In this document: in pieces, positions 1-10,325 of the stretch
Position numbering within the stretch: position 1 is the stretch's first letter
How the letters are laid out: every line of letters starts with the position of its first letter
Source of the DNA: Candidatus Poseidoniaceae archaeon
GTDB lineage: Archaea > Thermoplasmatota > Poseidoniia > Poseidoniales > Poseidoniaceae
DNA: 64,000 bases
Direction: 5' to 3'
Assembly (NCBI GenBank): GCA_949373235.1
Contig: CASICQ010000003.1
Location: 179,076 to 243,075 of the forward strand
Notes under the pieces: model-generated
The model's database searches: none
Told to the model about the DNA's origin: nothing
What the model saw: only the letters and a program-made list of their open reading frames with translations
Program-made: the position numbers and the translations under genes

Positions 1-1
1 G

Positions 2-343
2 GCCTTCGACATTCCAAAACTTGACGCCCCAGGACTTGGACCCGAAGACATGATCGAGTTGCGAATCAAACTGCTCAAAGAAGAAGTCGAAGAGTACGCA
101 GAGGCTGCACGTGCGGGCGACATGGTCGAAGTGCTTGACGCACTTGCCGACATTGGCTACATCCTCGCTGGAACGATCATCAACCACGGCATGCAACACA
201 TCTACGATGATGCATTTAACGAAGTTCACCGCTCAAACATGGCCAAAGTGGTTGATGGAAAGGTCATCCGCAGAGAAGATGGAAAGGTGCTCAAGCCTGA
301 AGGCTGGCAGGCACCACAACTCGCTCAATTCCTCGATGAGTGA
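2..343 (+). CDS. MazG-like nucleoside triphosphate pyrophosphohydrolase (DR2231/PRA-PH-like), 5'-truncated by window edge
   Basis: Frame is open from position 2 (AFDIPKLDAPG...). Motifs EEVEE, EVLDALAD, EVHRSNMAK and RREDGKVLKP. Confidence 0.8.
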   Translation, partial: AFDIPKLDAPGLGPEDMIELRIKLLKEEVEEYAEAARAGDMVEVLDALADIGYILAGTIINHGMQHIYDDAFNEVHRSNMAKVVDGKVIRREDGKVLKPEGWQAPQLAQFLDE

Positions 344-437
344 GCTCAGCCTCTCGGCAGTGCTCATTGTAACCGGAGCACGTTGACCCTGCTTGCGCAA
401 AGCCAACGTGCATCGATGTATTCACCGTCAAACAGGT

Positions 438-3400
438 TCACTCGTTCTTGCGAACAAGGAGTGCTGCACCGAGCATCGAGATGATACCGAGTGCAGCTGT
501 GAATCCAGGAAGCACAACTTCAGGGTTCTCATCAGCGTAGGCCATGCCCTTTGCCAATCGAACTGCGTTCCAGTCTTCCATGGTTTCAAGGTCTTCAGTG
601 ATCATGAACATGTCTCCATCGGTGAGTGTACCGCTTTCATCAGCGTCAAAGAATTCAATGCCAACGACGTTACCTGCTGCAATGTCAACAAACGACCAGC
701 GTTCAACATCGTCGCCACAGTCTTCGGCAGCGCTAAGTTCGCCTTCGTCACCATCAATTGTGTTGAAGGAGTCACACATCGAGAGAACAAGGTCCATACC
801 GTCCGCACTTGTTGCGTCAGTGAGTGATCCTCCGTTCCATTCAATGAAGTCGCCAGCAGCCATGCCGACTGCTCCAACCATGTAATCGCCGTAGCCGTGA
901 CCTTCGCCGAGGCCTTCATCAGAACCATCATCACAATCATTGTAATCGTCGTTGACCCATGACATGTAGATGGAATCAGATCCATCAGCACAGTAGAAGG
1001 AGTTCATGTCTTCTCCTTCCTGGAATTCAGGTTCATCTTCACCATCTGCACAATCCATGTTGTCATCGCTCACCATGTCAAGGGTGATCGTGGTCCCATC
1101 ATTGCAATCGAAGTTTGAAGTAAGGACTTCATCAGATCCATCCTCACAGTCTGCATATCCGTCCGAAACCATCGAAAGAGGAATATCTTCCATCTCATCG
1201 GCGCACATCCAGTAACTCACTTCTTCTTCATCGTAATCTGGTTCATCTTCTTCATCAGCGCAGTCATAAGCGCCGTCGTTGAGAAGAGCAAACTCGATGA
1301 TTGTGCCATCGTTGCACTCAAAAGTTGCCTCTTGAATTGCCTCGCCATCAAAGCCAACTGCGAATGGAGGTGCGGCTTCTTCGAGGGTCATGTCCATCAT
1401 GAGGTCGTGATCGCCGGTTCCGGCTGTGTACAGAGCGGGTTCATCATCCTCGATTTGAACCGAGGCGATCGACATGTCAGGATTAATGTTGATTGTCAAG
1501 GTACTCTCATCATCCATGAACGTAACAATCATGCTTCCATCATCTTGCATCCCACCCGACCAGATGCCTTGTGGCATCGAGTCAGCGCAGGTCCAGAATC
1601 CAGCAGCATCATAGACACAATCAGTCCAGTCTGCTTCCCAGTCAATTTCATCAGAGGCATCCGAACAATCTGCATCGTCGTCCAAGTAGGAGCTGAGCGG
1701 GATTGTTTCACCATCAAAGCAAGTGAATTCACTTGATTCCTGAGCGTCGCTTTCAGAAGAACCGTCCTGGCAGAAATAGTAACCAGAATTGACGAAGATC
1801 AGCGGGATGGTGTCGCTCCCATCTGCACACTCGTATGTGTATGATTCGTCTTCACCGCCGTCGCAGTCGTTGTCCCCGTTGTTCACCAATGAGAAGGCTA
1901 CTTCAGTTCCGTCATCGCATGTGAAAACACTAATTTCTTCACCCATGTCGTACTGTGCTTCGTCTTCACCGCCTTGACAATCGTTGTAGTCATCGTTGAG
2001 CCAGCTGATGTAGATATCTTCGCCATCGTCGCAGGTGAACAACGAAGTTTCCTCGTCATCCCCCATGGGTTCATCTTCGCCATAATCGCAATCGTAATTT
2101 CCATCATTCACGAGCGAGAGAGCAATTGTTCCGCCAGAATACCAGCAGTCAAAGGTCGATAGTTCCTGTTGGGTGATTGGATCGTATGATGGCTCATCAT
2201 CGCCGTCTCGGCAGTCTTCTGCGCCGTCATTGACCAAGGACAGTGCGATGGTTTCTCCATCAGCGCAATCAAAGGTGCTGTATTCGACGTATTCTTCGGA
2301 TGGTTCGTCTTCACCATTTGCACAGTCTTCTGCACCATCATTGGCGAGTGAGAAGTAGATTTGAGTCCCATCTTCACAATCAAACATCGAGGTTTCAGTC
2401 ATGTCGTAGACAGGTTCGTCTGATCCGTCCTCACAGTCTTCGTTTTCGTTGTTCACTTCAGAGAGTTCAATCGTAAATTCACCATCAGCACAGTCAAAGG
2501 AAGAAGTCTCTTCTTGTTCCATCACTGGTTCGTCCCCACCGTAGTAGCAGTCATCATAGCCATCATTGACGTATGATAGCGGATACACTTCTCCTGAGTC
2601 AGGGCAAGTGAATTCTGAGGTTTCCTCTCCAGCTTCATCGAAAGAAGGTTCATCTTCTCCTTCAGCGCAATCTGCTGCACCGTCGTTGACTTGGGAGAGG
2701 TAAATATAGCCTCCATCATTGCATTCAAACTCAGTGGTTTCGATCATCTCACCATACACTGGCTCATCATCTGCATCCATGCAATCTTCGATGCCGTCGT
2801 TAACTTGTGAAAGGTAGATTTGACTGCCATCCATGCAGTCGAAGACCGAGAGCTCGGTGACATTGTACATTGGTTCATCCGATTCATCGTCGCAGTCTGC
2901 ACCACCATCGTTTGCGCTAATGAAATACACATTAGATGTATCAGCACACTGGAACAACTTGGTCTCGTCTGATCCATCTGCACAGTCATCTTCTCCATCG
3001 TTCACATGGATGAGGCCGATTGTTTCACCGCTCAAGCATGTGTATGAGTACGTTTCTGAGAACTGAGGTTCATCGGAACCATCAGCGCAATCTTCGGTTC
3101 CATCATTGACATCGGTGCTCATAATGGTTGTTCCATCGGAGCATGTGTATTGGTGGAGCGTTTCTGTGGCGCTGTCAGGGTTGCCTTCCATAAAGTAGTC
3201 CGAGTCAGAACAGAGCCAAGCGTTGTCAGAAAGTTCCTCGCAATGCAACCACTCAGCTCCACCCTCCATCGGGCTTTCCATGTATTGGTGGTGAATGAGG
3301 ACGTGATCTTCGATGACCGTGTCCTCGTCAAAGTCGCCTCCCTCTTCTACATAGGATTGGCTCAACTGAACCGTACCGTTGCTGTACAAGTAGGTGATGT

Positions 3401-4430
3401 TGTACATTTCCTCGCCCTCACTGTCAGCAACGGCTTGGTTGATGAGAAGGGTGTCTTGGGACGGAGCCGATATGATGAGCATCGACATGTAGACATCAAC
3501 GGCACCATCGCCATCGATGTCCTCTGCAGATGTAGAAGATAAGTGCCATGTCTCGTTTTCCATGAAGTTCATCATCATGCCAAAGACATCTTCTGCGTCA
3601 AGGCATGTTCCATCATCGAGGTTTGCTTCGGCATCAAAGTTGAACGATGCGGTGTCGGTGCAGCCGGGAACGTCTTCGTGCTTGCTTGGATCACGTGGAT
3701 ACATGTCATCTGCGTTTGCAGTTCCGTCGCCATCCATGTCATCATCGAGGGCGTCACAGATTGTGTCGTTGTCGAGGTCGGCAGGGATGCTTGCTGCATC
3801 GAGCGGGTCAGATCCACATTGTGTTTCTTCATCATCAGAGTAGGTGTCACCATCGTCGTCAGTGGAAACTGCGTCGCAGACACCATCGCCGTTTTCATCG
3901 ACCGGCATGAGGCTGGCAACAAGTGAGTTGCTGCCACACGCAGTTTCGTCAACATCAGACCAGCCGTCGTTGTCGTCATCCAAATCCTCTGTGAGGGTTG
4001 ATTCGCCTGTGAGTGTGTCTGGCATGCCGTCACCGTCGGTGTCGGTTGCAGCAGACGCGTCTCGTGGGAAGGCGTCTGCGTCGTTAAACACCGTGTCGCC
4101 ATCCACATCGAAGTCGTATTCGTCGCATTCAAAATCACCATCTAAATCTTCAGGCATCGAAGTTGCGTTCATTGGATCTGTTCCACAGGAGTTTTCCATG
4201 ACATCGAGGAAACCGTCGTTGTCATCATCGGTGTCTTCGACCAATGGGGGTGTGGAGGTTGACTCGCCAATCAAGATATCCGGCATTCCGTCATCGTCTG
4301 TGTCGAGGAAAGCCGCATCGTCATCGGGGAACTTGTCGTTTGGATCGATTTCATTCAATGTTTCATCCGCCATACCGAGGCAACCGGAAAGAAGCAAAAT
4401 CAGCGTAAGCAAAATTGTTTGTACCTTCAT
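438..4430 (-). CDS. 1330-aa acidic surface protein: lipobox, TSP3-like Ca-binding repeats, 18 LDLa-like repeats, PGF-CTERM anchor
   Basis: N-terminal LLLSGC; many DxDxDG motifs; repeats of the type FxCxDGxxIxxxxVNDGxxDCxDGxDEP; C-terminus LPGFTAALGIISMLGAALLVRKNE. Confidence 0.85.
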   Translation of the reverse strand: MKVQTILLTLILLLSGCLGMADETLNEIDPNDKFPDDDAAFLDTDDDGMPDILIGESTSTPPLVEDTDDDNDGFLDVMENSCGTDPMNATSMPEDLDGDFECDEYDFDVDGDTVFNDADAFPRDASAATDTDGDGMPDTLTGESTLTEDLDDDNDGWSDVDETACGSNSLVASLMPVDENGDGVCDAVSTDDDGDTYSDDEETQCGSDPLDAASIPADLDNDTICDALDDDMDGDGTANADDMYPRDPSKHEDVPGCTDTASFNFDAEANLDDGTCLDAEDVFGMMMNFMENETWHLSSTSAEDIDGDGAVDVYMSMLIISAPSQDTLLINQAVADSEGEEMYNITYLYSNGTVQLSQSYVEEGGDFDEDTVIEDHVLIHHQYMESPMEGGAEWLHCEELSDNAWLCSDSDYFMEGNPDSATETLHQYTCSDGTTIMSTDVNDGTEDCADGSDEPQFSETYSYTCLSGETIGLIHVNDGEDDCADGSDETKLFQCADTSNVYFISANDGGADCDDESDEPMYNVTELSVFDCMDGSQIYLSQVNDGIEDCMDADDEPVYGEMIETTEFECNDGGYIYLSQVNDGAADCAEGEDEPSFDEAGEETSEFTCPDSGEVYPLSYVNDGYDDCYYGGDEPVMEQEETSSFDCADGEFTIELSEVNNENEDCEDGSDEPVYDMTETSMFDCEDGTQIYFSLANDGAEDCANGEDEPSEEYVEYSTFDCADGETIALSLVNDGAEDCRDGDDEPSYDPITQQELSTFDCWYSGGTIALSLVNDGNYDCDYGEDEPMGDDEETSLFTCDDGEDIYISWLNDDYNDCQGGEDEAQYDMGEEISVFTCDDGTEVAFSLVNNGDNDCDGGEDESYTYECADGSDTIPLIFVNSGYYFCQDGSSESDAQESSEFTCFDGETIPLSSYLDDDADCSDASDEIDWEADWTDCVYDAAGFWTCADSMPQGIWSGGMQDDGSMIVTFMDDESTLTININPDMSIASVQIEDDEPALYTAGTGDHDLMMDMTLEEAAPPFAVGFDGEAIQEATFECNDGTIIEFALLNDGAYDCADEEDEPDYDEEEVSYWMCADEMEDIPLSMVSDGYADCEDGSDEVLTSNFDCNDGTTITLDMVSDDNMDCADGEDEPEFQEGEDMNSFYCADGSDSIYMSWVNDDYNDCDDGSDEGLGEGHGYGDYMVGAVGMAAGDFIEWNGGSLTDATSADGMDLVLSMCDSFNTIDGDEGELSAAEDCGDDVERWSFVDIAAGNVVGIEFFDADESGTLTDGDMFMITEDLETMEDWNAVRLAKGMAYADENPEVVLPGFTAALGIISMLGAALLVRKNE

Positions 4431-4557
4431 ATTTTCATCTTTTTCAGCATTTGGTATATGAGTGTTGGCCCGGCAAATGGCGCAGTCCTCGTTTTAGAAC
4501 GAAACGAAACGGCTGGGCATGGGTCGTAATTATCACCTGCAACCTTGACGCAAGGGC

Positions 4558-5289
4558 ATGTCCAGACCTGTTGCCCTCATCACTGGCGGTGGACGCGGTA
4601 TCGGCGCCGCTGCAGCAAAACGTCTTGCTGCTGATGGTTATGATGTCCTTCTCACCTACAACACCTCCTCCAAACCAGCAGAAATGGTGGTTGACGAAAT
4701 TCGGGAACGTGGCGACGATGCGCTTGCGGTCAAGGTGGACTGCGCCGATGATGGGGAAGTTGGTTTGTTGGGCATCCATCCGTGGATGGCGCGTGGCATT
4801 GATGTGTTGGTTTTGAATCACGGAGCATACGACAGGATCGCTGCGGGCGAAATGTCAATTGCGGATTTGCGCCGAACAATGTCGGTAAATTTCGAAGGCG
4901 CTGTGGCCGTTTGGAAAGCAGTTCAGCCTCATTTTACCCCCGAGGCGAGAATGGTTGTCGTTGGTTCTCAACTTGGCACTCGCGGTTCACCTCATGGTGC
5001 GGACTATGCTGCATCAAAAGCAGCTTTGGCCACCTGGGCTCGCTCATTAGCGCAAGCGGTTGGCCCGGAAGGAAAGAGAGTCAATGTGCTCGCACCAGGG
5101 TTCGTCGACACTGATATCTTAGCCGGCGATTCGAGAGAGAAGCGAAGTCAACGGGAACAGGAAGTCCCCCTCAAGCGGGTTGGAAGCCCCGAGGACATGG
5201 CTGGAACCATCGCTTTTCTTGTCGGGCCCGACTCAGCCTACATCACCGGTGCAGTGATTCACGTCAACGGCGGGCTCTACCTTCCATAA
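4558..5289 (+). CDS. Classical short-chain dehydrogenase/reductase (FabG-like)
   Basis: TGGGRGIG, YAASK, RVNVLAPGFVDTD, YITGAVIHVNGG. Confidence 0.9.
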   Translation: MSRPVALITGGGRGIGAAAAKRLAADGYDVLLTYNTSSKPAEMVVDEIRERGDDALAVKVDCADDGEVGLLGIHPWMARGIDVLVLNHGAYDRIAAGEMSIADLRRTMSVNFEGAVAVWKAVQPHFTPEARMVVVGSQLGTRGSPHGADYAASKAALATWARSLAQAVGPEGKRVNVLAPGFVDTDILAGDSREKRSQREQEVPLKRVGSPEDMAGTIAFLVGPDSAYITGAVIHVNGGLYLP

Positions 5290-5348
5290 GTTCGTTCAAC
5301 AGCCTTGTATAGGGTCCTGCGGAGCACTCAACACTGGAGGCGAAGCGC

Positions 5349-7796
5349 ATGGTCAAGGAATGGGACGATGAAGGCACCTTTGAGGACCTCGCCAACCTCG
5401 AAGTCGGCGATGCTGATCTCGAAGAGCGAGACCCGTTCGACATCTCACGAGCGCTTGAAGGAGCCGCTCTTGAACACCTCAATCCCGAAGTGAAGCGCTT
5501 GGTGCTCCATTCGAAGTTCGAACCATCCGGCGACCAGCCTAAAGCAATTGAAAAATTGATTACTCAATTGGAAAATGGCCAAGAGAGATGTGTCTTGCTG
5601 GGCGTGACCGGCAGCGGTAAAACCTACGCAATGGCGCAAGTCATTCAGAAACTCAATATTCCAACGCTGATCATCAGCCACAACAAGACATTAGCAAGGC
5701 AACTCTATCATGAAATGGCAGGTTATTTCCCTGAAAATGCCGTTGATTACTACGTCTCACATTACGATTACTACCAGCCTGAAGCCTACCTGGCAAAACG
5801 GGACATGTACATCGAGAAGGAACTTTCCGTCAATGAGCGAATTGAGCAGGAGCGATTTGCCACCATCGCCTCGCTTGTCACCCGCCCGGATTGCGTAATT
5901 GTGTCCTCTGTATCGTGCATCTATGGATTGAACCCACCCGAGACGTTCCTCGAATACCACGTGCGGGTGCATGTGGGTCAAGAAATCGAAACGAGCGATT
6001 TGTTGAGGGAACTCATCACCTTGCAATACAAGCGAACCACCACCGATCTCTCCCGTGGAGATGTGCGTGTTCGAGGCGAAGTGGTCGATGTTTGGATGCC
6101 AAGCCGGGATGATCCCTTGCGCATTCAATTCGATTTTGACGGGATCACCAAGGTGTCAGTATGCGACCCAGTGAGTTGGGATGTGTTGGACGAACTCGAT
6201 GAAGCCTGGATTCATCCCAAGGAATTCTACATGACAAGTCCGGAACGCCTCGAAGCCGCTTTGGTTTCCATCGAAGACGAACTCGATGATCGTGTGGCTC
6301 ATTTTGCCAGCCTGGGAAAGGAATTAGAACGCCATAGAATTGAGCAACGCACTCAATATGATTTGGAGATGATTCGAGAAATTGGACATTGTCAATCCAT
6401 TGAGAACTATTCCCTGCACTTCGATGGCCGAGAACGAGGCCAACGCCCTCATTGCCTTCTGGATTTCTTTGCTGCATGCGCCAAGCAATTCCACGGCGAT
6501 CCGAAAAAGTTCCTCGTCATCATGGATGAATCACACGTCACGCTGCCTCAAGTGGGCGGCATGTATTACGGCGACCGTTCTCGTAAGGAGAGTTTGATTA
6601 ATTTTGGATTTCGGCTGCCAACAGCGATCGATAATCGACCGTTGAAAATACCCGAATTTCAAAACCTCATCCCGCAAATGATCTATGCCTCAGCCACACC
6701 GGGTGAGCGAGAATTGCGGCACTTGTGTGAAATCACGGGACAAGCGCTCCCGAATGGTTTGTTGCATGCCAAATCGGGAGGGGGCGCAGGCCAGCCCACC
6801 ATCGAAAAGAAGCACCCTGACAGCGAATCACTGTACCACATGGTCCAGCATATCGACGGCATTGCAAAAATGGAGATTCGACCGACTGGTTTGCTCGACC
6901 CGGAAATCGAAGTTCGACCGACGAGCGGGCAAATGGCTGATTTATTGAGCGAAATTAACGCCCGCATCACCAATGGAGAACGGACCTTAGTCACTGTTCT
7001 GACCATCAAGTTCGCAGAGGAAGTTGCCGCCTATCTAAACCGCATGGGGGTCAAGGCCCACCATTTGCACTCGGAAATCGACACCATCGAGCGCACTGAA
7101 ATCATCAACGCCCTCCGCATTGGCCACATTGATGTGATTGTTGGAATTAACCTGCTGCGGGAAGGGCTTGATCTTCCCGAAGTGAGCCTCGTCGCCATCT
7201 TCGATGCAGACCGTCAAGGCTTCTTGAGAAATGAACGAAGCCTGCTGCAAACGATTGGCCGGGCTGCGCGCAACCTCAACGGCCACGTGATCTTGTACGC
7301 CGATGCTATGTCTCAGGCCATGCGAGCCGCAATCACTCAAACGCTTGAACGGAGAGAACGGCAAGAAGCGCACAACATTGCCAACAACATCACACCGAAA
7401 AGCATCGTCAAAGAGCTGCCAAAGATGAATTCAGACGTGGATGATTTAATCGCTGGTACTTCGAGTGGCAAAGATGGAAGCCGACGACTTGTGGCGAAGA
7501 AAGGTGGCCGTAAAGAAGGAGATTGGGCTCAAAACCTCAACCTTGGAGCGGGTGCTTGGGCTTCTGGAAGTGGACAGGATGGATCCGCTGGAACGCATTC
7601 TAATTCTTCAATTGGAAATTCAAACTCCCAATTAGAAAAACCTGCGGAGTTTGATGTTCGCTCCCTCTCTCCAGCACAGATGGATGATCTGCTCAAGGAA
7701 CTCAAATCGGCCATGCAGGTGGCGGCCAAGAACCTTGACTTCGAGGAAGCTGCTCGCCTTAGGGATCGAATCTTCGAACTCGAACAACAACGCTGA
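5349..7796 (+). CDS. uvrB: Excinuclease ABC subunit B
   Basis: GDQPKAI, GVTGSGKT, YDYYQPEAY, DESH, RPTGLLDP, QTIGRAARN, and a C-terminal UVR domain (LDFEEAARLRD). Confidence 0.97.
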   Translation: MVKEWDDEGTFEDLANLEVGDADLEERDPFDISRALEGAALEHLNPEVKRLVLHSKFEPSGDQPKAIEKLITQLENGQERCVLLGVTGSGKTYAMAQVIQKLNIPTLIISHNKTLARQLYHEMAGYFPENAVDYYVSHYDYYQPEAYLAKRDMYIEKELSVNERIEQERFATIASLVTRPDCVIVSSVSCIYGLNPPETFLEYHVRVHVGQEIETSDLLRELITLQYKRTTTDLSRGDVRVRGEVVDVWMPSRDDPLRIQFDFDGITKVSVCDPVSWDVLDELDEAWIHPKEFYMTSPERLEAALVSIEDELDDRVAHFASLGKELERHRIEQRTQYDLEMIREIGHCQSIENYSLHFDGRERGQRPHCLLDFFAACAKQFHGDPKKFLVIMDESHVTLPQVGGMYYGDRSRKESLINFGFRLPTAIDNRPLKIPEFQNLIPQMIYASATPGERELRHLCEITGQALPNGLLHAKSGGGAGQPTIEKKHPDSESLYHMVQHIDGIAKMEIRPTGLLDPEIEVRPTSGQMADLLSEINARITNGERTLVTVLTIKFAEEVAAYLNRMGVKAHHLHSEIDTIERTEIINALRIGHIDVIVGINLLREGLDLPEVSLVAIFDADRQGFLRNERSLLQTIGRAARNLNGHVILYADAMSQAMRAAITQTLERRERQEAHNIANNITPKSIVKELPKMNSDVDDLIAGTSSGKDGSRRLVAKKGGRKEGDWAQNLNLGAGAWASGSGQDGSAGTHSNSSIGNSNSQLEKPAEFDVRSLSPAQMDDLLKELKSAMQVAAKNLDFEEAARLRDRIFELEQQR

Positions 7797-7863
7797 CACA
7801 CCCTACGGGTGTGGCTTCTGCGCAGGTGGACAGGTTCATGTGGAGTGAGCAAATGGCCGAAGC

Positions 7864-8880
7864 ATGGCGATTCAACCTGATGATTTTGATGTGCCCGTTG
7901 TGGACTACGCCTTTGATGGCATCACAACCCCCCGCTCCCTCATCAACCAGATGGCAAGTGCTGGTGGTTTCACGGCTACGAAACTGTCGATGGCAAGGGA
8001 CATTCTGTTGGCTATGAAAAAGGAAGTAGACGCCGTAGAAGGGGATGCTACGAAGGTATGCAACTGGTTGTCCTTCCCTGCATGCCTGTGCGCAACTGGA
8101 ACCCGTGGATTCTTTGTCGAGGCCCTCAAACAACAAATGTTCAATGTCGTTTCAACCACATGCGGAATGTTGGATCACGATGTGGCTCGATCGCACAGAG
8201 ATTACTACCACGGGTCGTTTGAACTCGATGACATCGAACTTGGAGAACATTCCCTTATGCGGCTTGGCAACGTCATCGTGCCCAATTCCTCGTACGGTGA
8301 AATCATCGAGGAAGTGTTGACTCCGGTGCTGGAAGAAATGTACCAAGACCGACTTAAAGAAACGGGGAAAACCGGTGCTGATGCTTGGCTTGGGTTTGGT
8401 TCCATTCACCTTGTTTGGGAACTTGGCAAGCGCATTGGAACGCCTGACTCGTTGATTTATTGGGCTTACAAACACCAAATTCCAGTCGTCATACCCGGCA
8501 TCACTGACGGGTCGATTGGGGCGCAACTGTTTATGCTCCGCCAAAAGCATCGTGACTTTCACATTGATACGCTTGCCGATGAGCAAGTCATGAGCGACAT
8601 GACCTGGGATGTGGAAGTTTCAAACGCCTTGATGGTGGGCGGAGGCATCTCCAAGCACCATGTCATTTGGTGGAACCAGTATCGCGGTGGCTTAGACGCT
8701 GCCGTGTACATCACAACCGCCCCTGAACACGATGGCAGCCTGTCTGGCGCTCGATTGCGTGAAGCTATTTCTTGGGGCAAAATGCGCCCAGAAGCACCTA
8801 ATGTGTGCGTTGAGGGGGATGCAAGTGTCCTCCTGCCGCTGCTTGGTGCGGATCTCTTCCAACAAGGTGATGAAGCATGA
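7864..8880 (+). CDS. dys: Deoxyhypusine synthase
   Basis: GGFTAT, RLGNV, ITDGSIG, GGGISKHH, DGSLSGA, EAISWGK. Confidence 0.93.
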   Translation: MAIQPDDFDVPVVDYAFDGITTPRSLINQMASAGGFTATKLSMARDILLAMKKEVDAVEGDATKVCNWLSFPACLCATGTRGFFVEALKQQMFNVVSTTCGMLDHDVARSHRDYYHGSFELDDIELGEHSLMRLGNVIVPNSSYGEIIEEVLTPVLEEMYQDRLKETGKTGADAWLGFGSIHLVWELGKRIGTPDSLIYWAYKHQIPVVIPGITDGSIGAQLFMLRQKHRDFHIDTLADEQVMSDMTWDVEVSNALMVGGGISKHHVIWWNQYRGGLDAAVYITTAPEHDGSLSGARLREAISWGKMRPEAPNVCVEGDASVLLPLLGADLFQQGDEA

Positions 8881-10325
8881 AGAATAAACAAATCGCATTC
8901 CTAATGACAGCCCTGATGACGATCATGCCCCTTGCAGGCTGCCTCGGTGCTGAAGAGATGATGGGGGAAGGGGGCGAGGCGAGCGGCTTGTTTGACTTCG
9001 AAGGCGACCTTGGAGGCACAACGTGGTACCACTACCCTGGCGGCATCAATGCGATGAACAACACAAGCGCCCTCGGTGGGACAAACATTCCGTTCTTCAG
9101 CCAAGGCACCTACTATGCCACAGGATACTCCACTTTTGAGCCTACAATGGGCATCACGTCGACAGACAACATCTACTTCACCAGTTACGGCAATGGCCCC
9201 TCCGGATCAACGGCCATTGTGCAATGCAGCAACATGATTGAGATGACAAGTTTGAGCGATTTCAGTTGCCAAAACGTCTACGGCCCTGTGCTCCCGGTAG
9301 CCAATTCCAATGATCCCTATGTCTATGTCGACCCGTGGACCGACCGCATCATGAAGTTCGACATGCATGCGCTGCTTGGAATGACGGTGGAATGGAGCGA
9401 CGACGAAGGCGACTCGTGGTTTGGCCCCTCTGTCGCCACTTCATACTCCGTTCAAGATCACCAAACAATAGCCTCTTCCCCCTACGGTGGTATACTGCAC
9501 GAGACCCTCTGGGTGTTCTGCATCAACGGAAACTATCCCTCTCCTTTGTGTTCTCAAAGCCAAGATGGAGGCCTCACATGGGGGCCTGAACTTCCTGGTG
9601 CACCTGTGGACTGCCAAAGCGGTGGCTTGTCCGCACACATAATCGGTGCCGACAACGGGAATTTCTACCGAGGGCAAATCGGTTGCGATGGTTCAGGGTA
9701 TTCGATGTACAAAACTGAAGATGGGGCACTCACGTGGACCGAACACGTACTCCCGACAGAAGCATCTGGGACTGCAGACACATGGAACGCCGAAGAGGCT
9801 CAAGTCGATACTGACACCGAAAGCAACGTCTACGCAATGTGGATGGGCAACGACAACATGCCGTACTTCTCCTACTCTGTGGACGATGCAAACACCTGGT
9901 CTGATGCCATCATGGTTGGACCGAGTCACCTCGAAGGCACTGGCTTCCCTGTCGTCATTGCGGGCGATCCTGGACGAGTTGCGTTTGGCTACGTTGGGAC
10001 TGAAGGCGACGGAGTGTGGCACGGTTACATTTCAGTCATCACCGACGCATTCAACGAAACTCCCTTGATTACAACGGTTCAACTCAACGCCCCTGAAGAT
10101 CCTCTCGACAACGCAAGCCCGACCTGTGGCTACGAACGATGCGGTGGTTTTGGAGACTTCATCGACATGCAAATTGATGCGTATGGACGCCCCTGGCTCT
10201 CCTTATCGCACAACCCAAGTGGCGACACTGGCATCATGGGGACCTTCATGCACGGCCCAACTCTGTTTGGCAACGTCACCGACTTGAGTGCTTTACCAGA
10301 AGGTGGCGCACAGACACTAGCTTGA
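8877..10325 (+). CDS. Secreted lipoprotein with BNR/Asp-box beta-propeller (sialidase-like fold)
   Basis: Lipobox PLAGC; Asp-boxes SDDEGDSW, SQDGGLTW, TEDGALTW, SVDDANTW. ATGA overlap with the dys stop. Confidence 0.75.
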   Translation: MKNKQIAFLMTALMTIMPLAGCLGAEEMMGEGGEASGLFDFEGDLGGTTWYHYPGGINAMNNTSALGGTNIPFFSQGTYYATGYSTFEPTMGITSTDNIYFTSYGNGPSGSTAIVQCSNMIEMTSLSDFSCQNVYGPVLPVANSNDPYVYVDPWTDRIMKFDMHALLGMTVEWSDDEGDSWFGPSVATSYSVQDHQTIASSPYGGILHETLWVFCINGNYPSPLCSQSQDGGLTWGPELPGAPVDCQSGGLSAHIIGADNGNFYRGQIGCDGSGYSMYKTEDGALTWTEHVLPTEASGTADTWNAEEAQVDTDTESNVYAMWMGNDNMPYFSYSVDDANTWSDAIMVGPSHLEGTGFPVVIAGDPGRVAFGYVGTEGDGVWHGYISVITDAFNETPLITTVQLNAPEDPLDNASPTCGYERCGGFGDFIDMQIDAYGRPWLSLSHNPSGDTGIMGTFMHGPTLFGNVTDLSALPEGGAQTLA

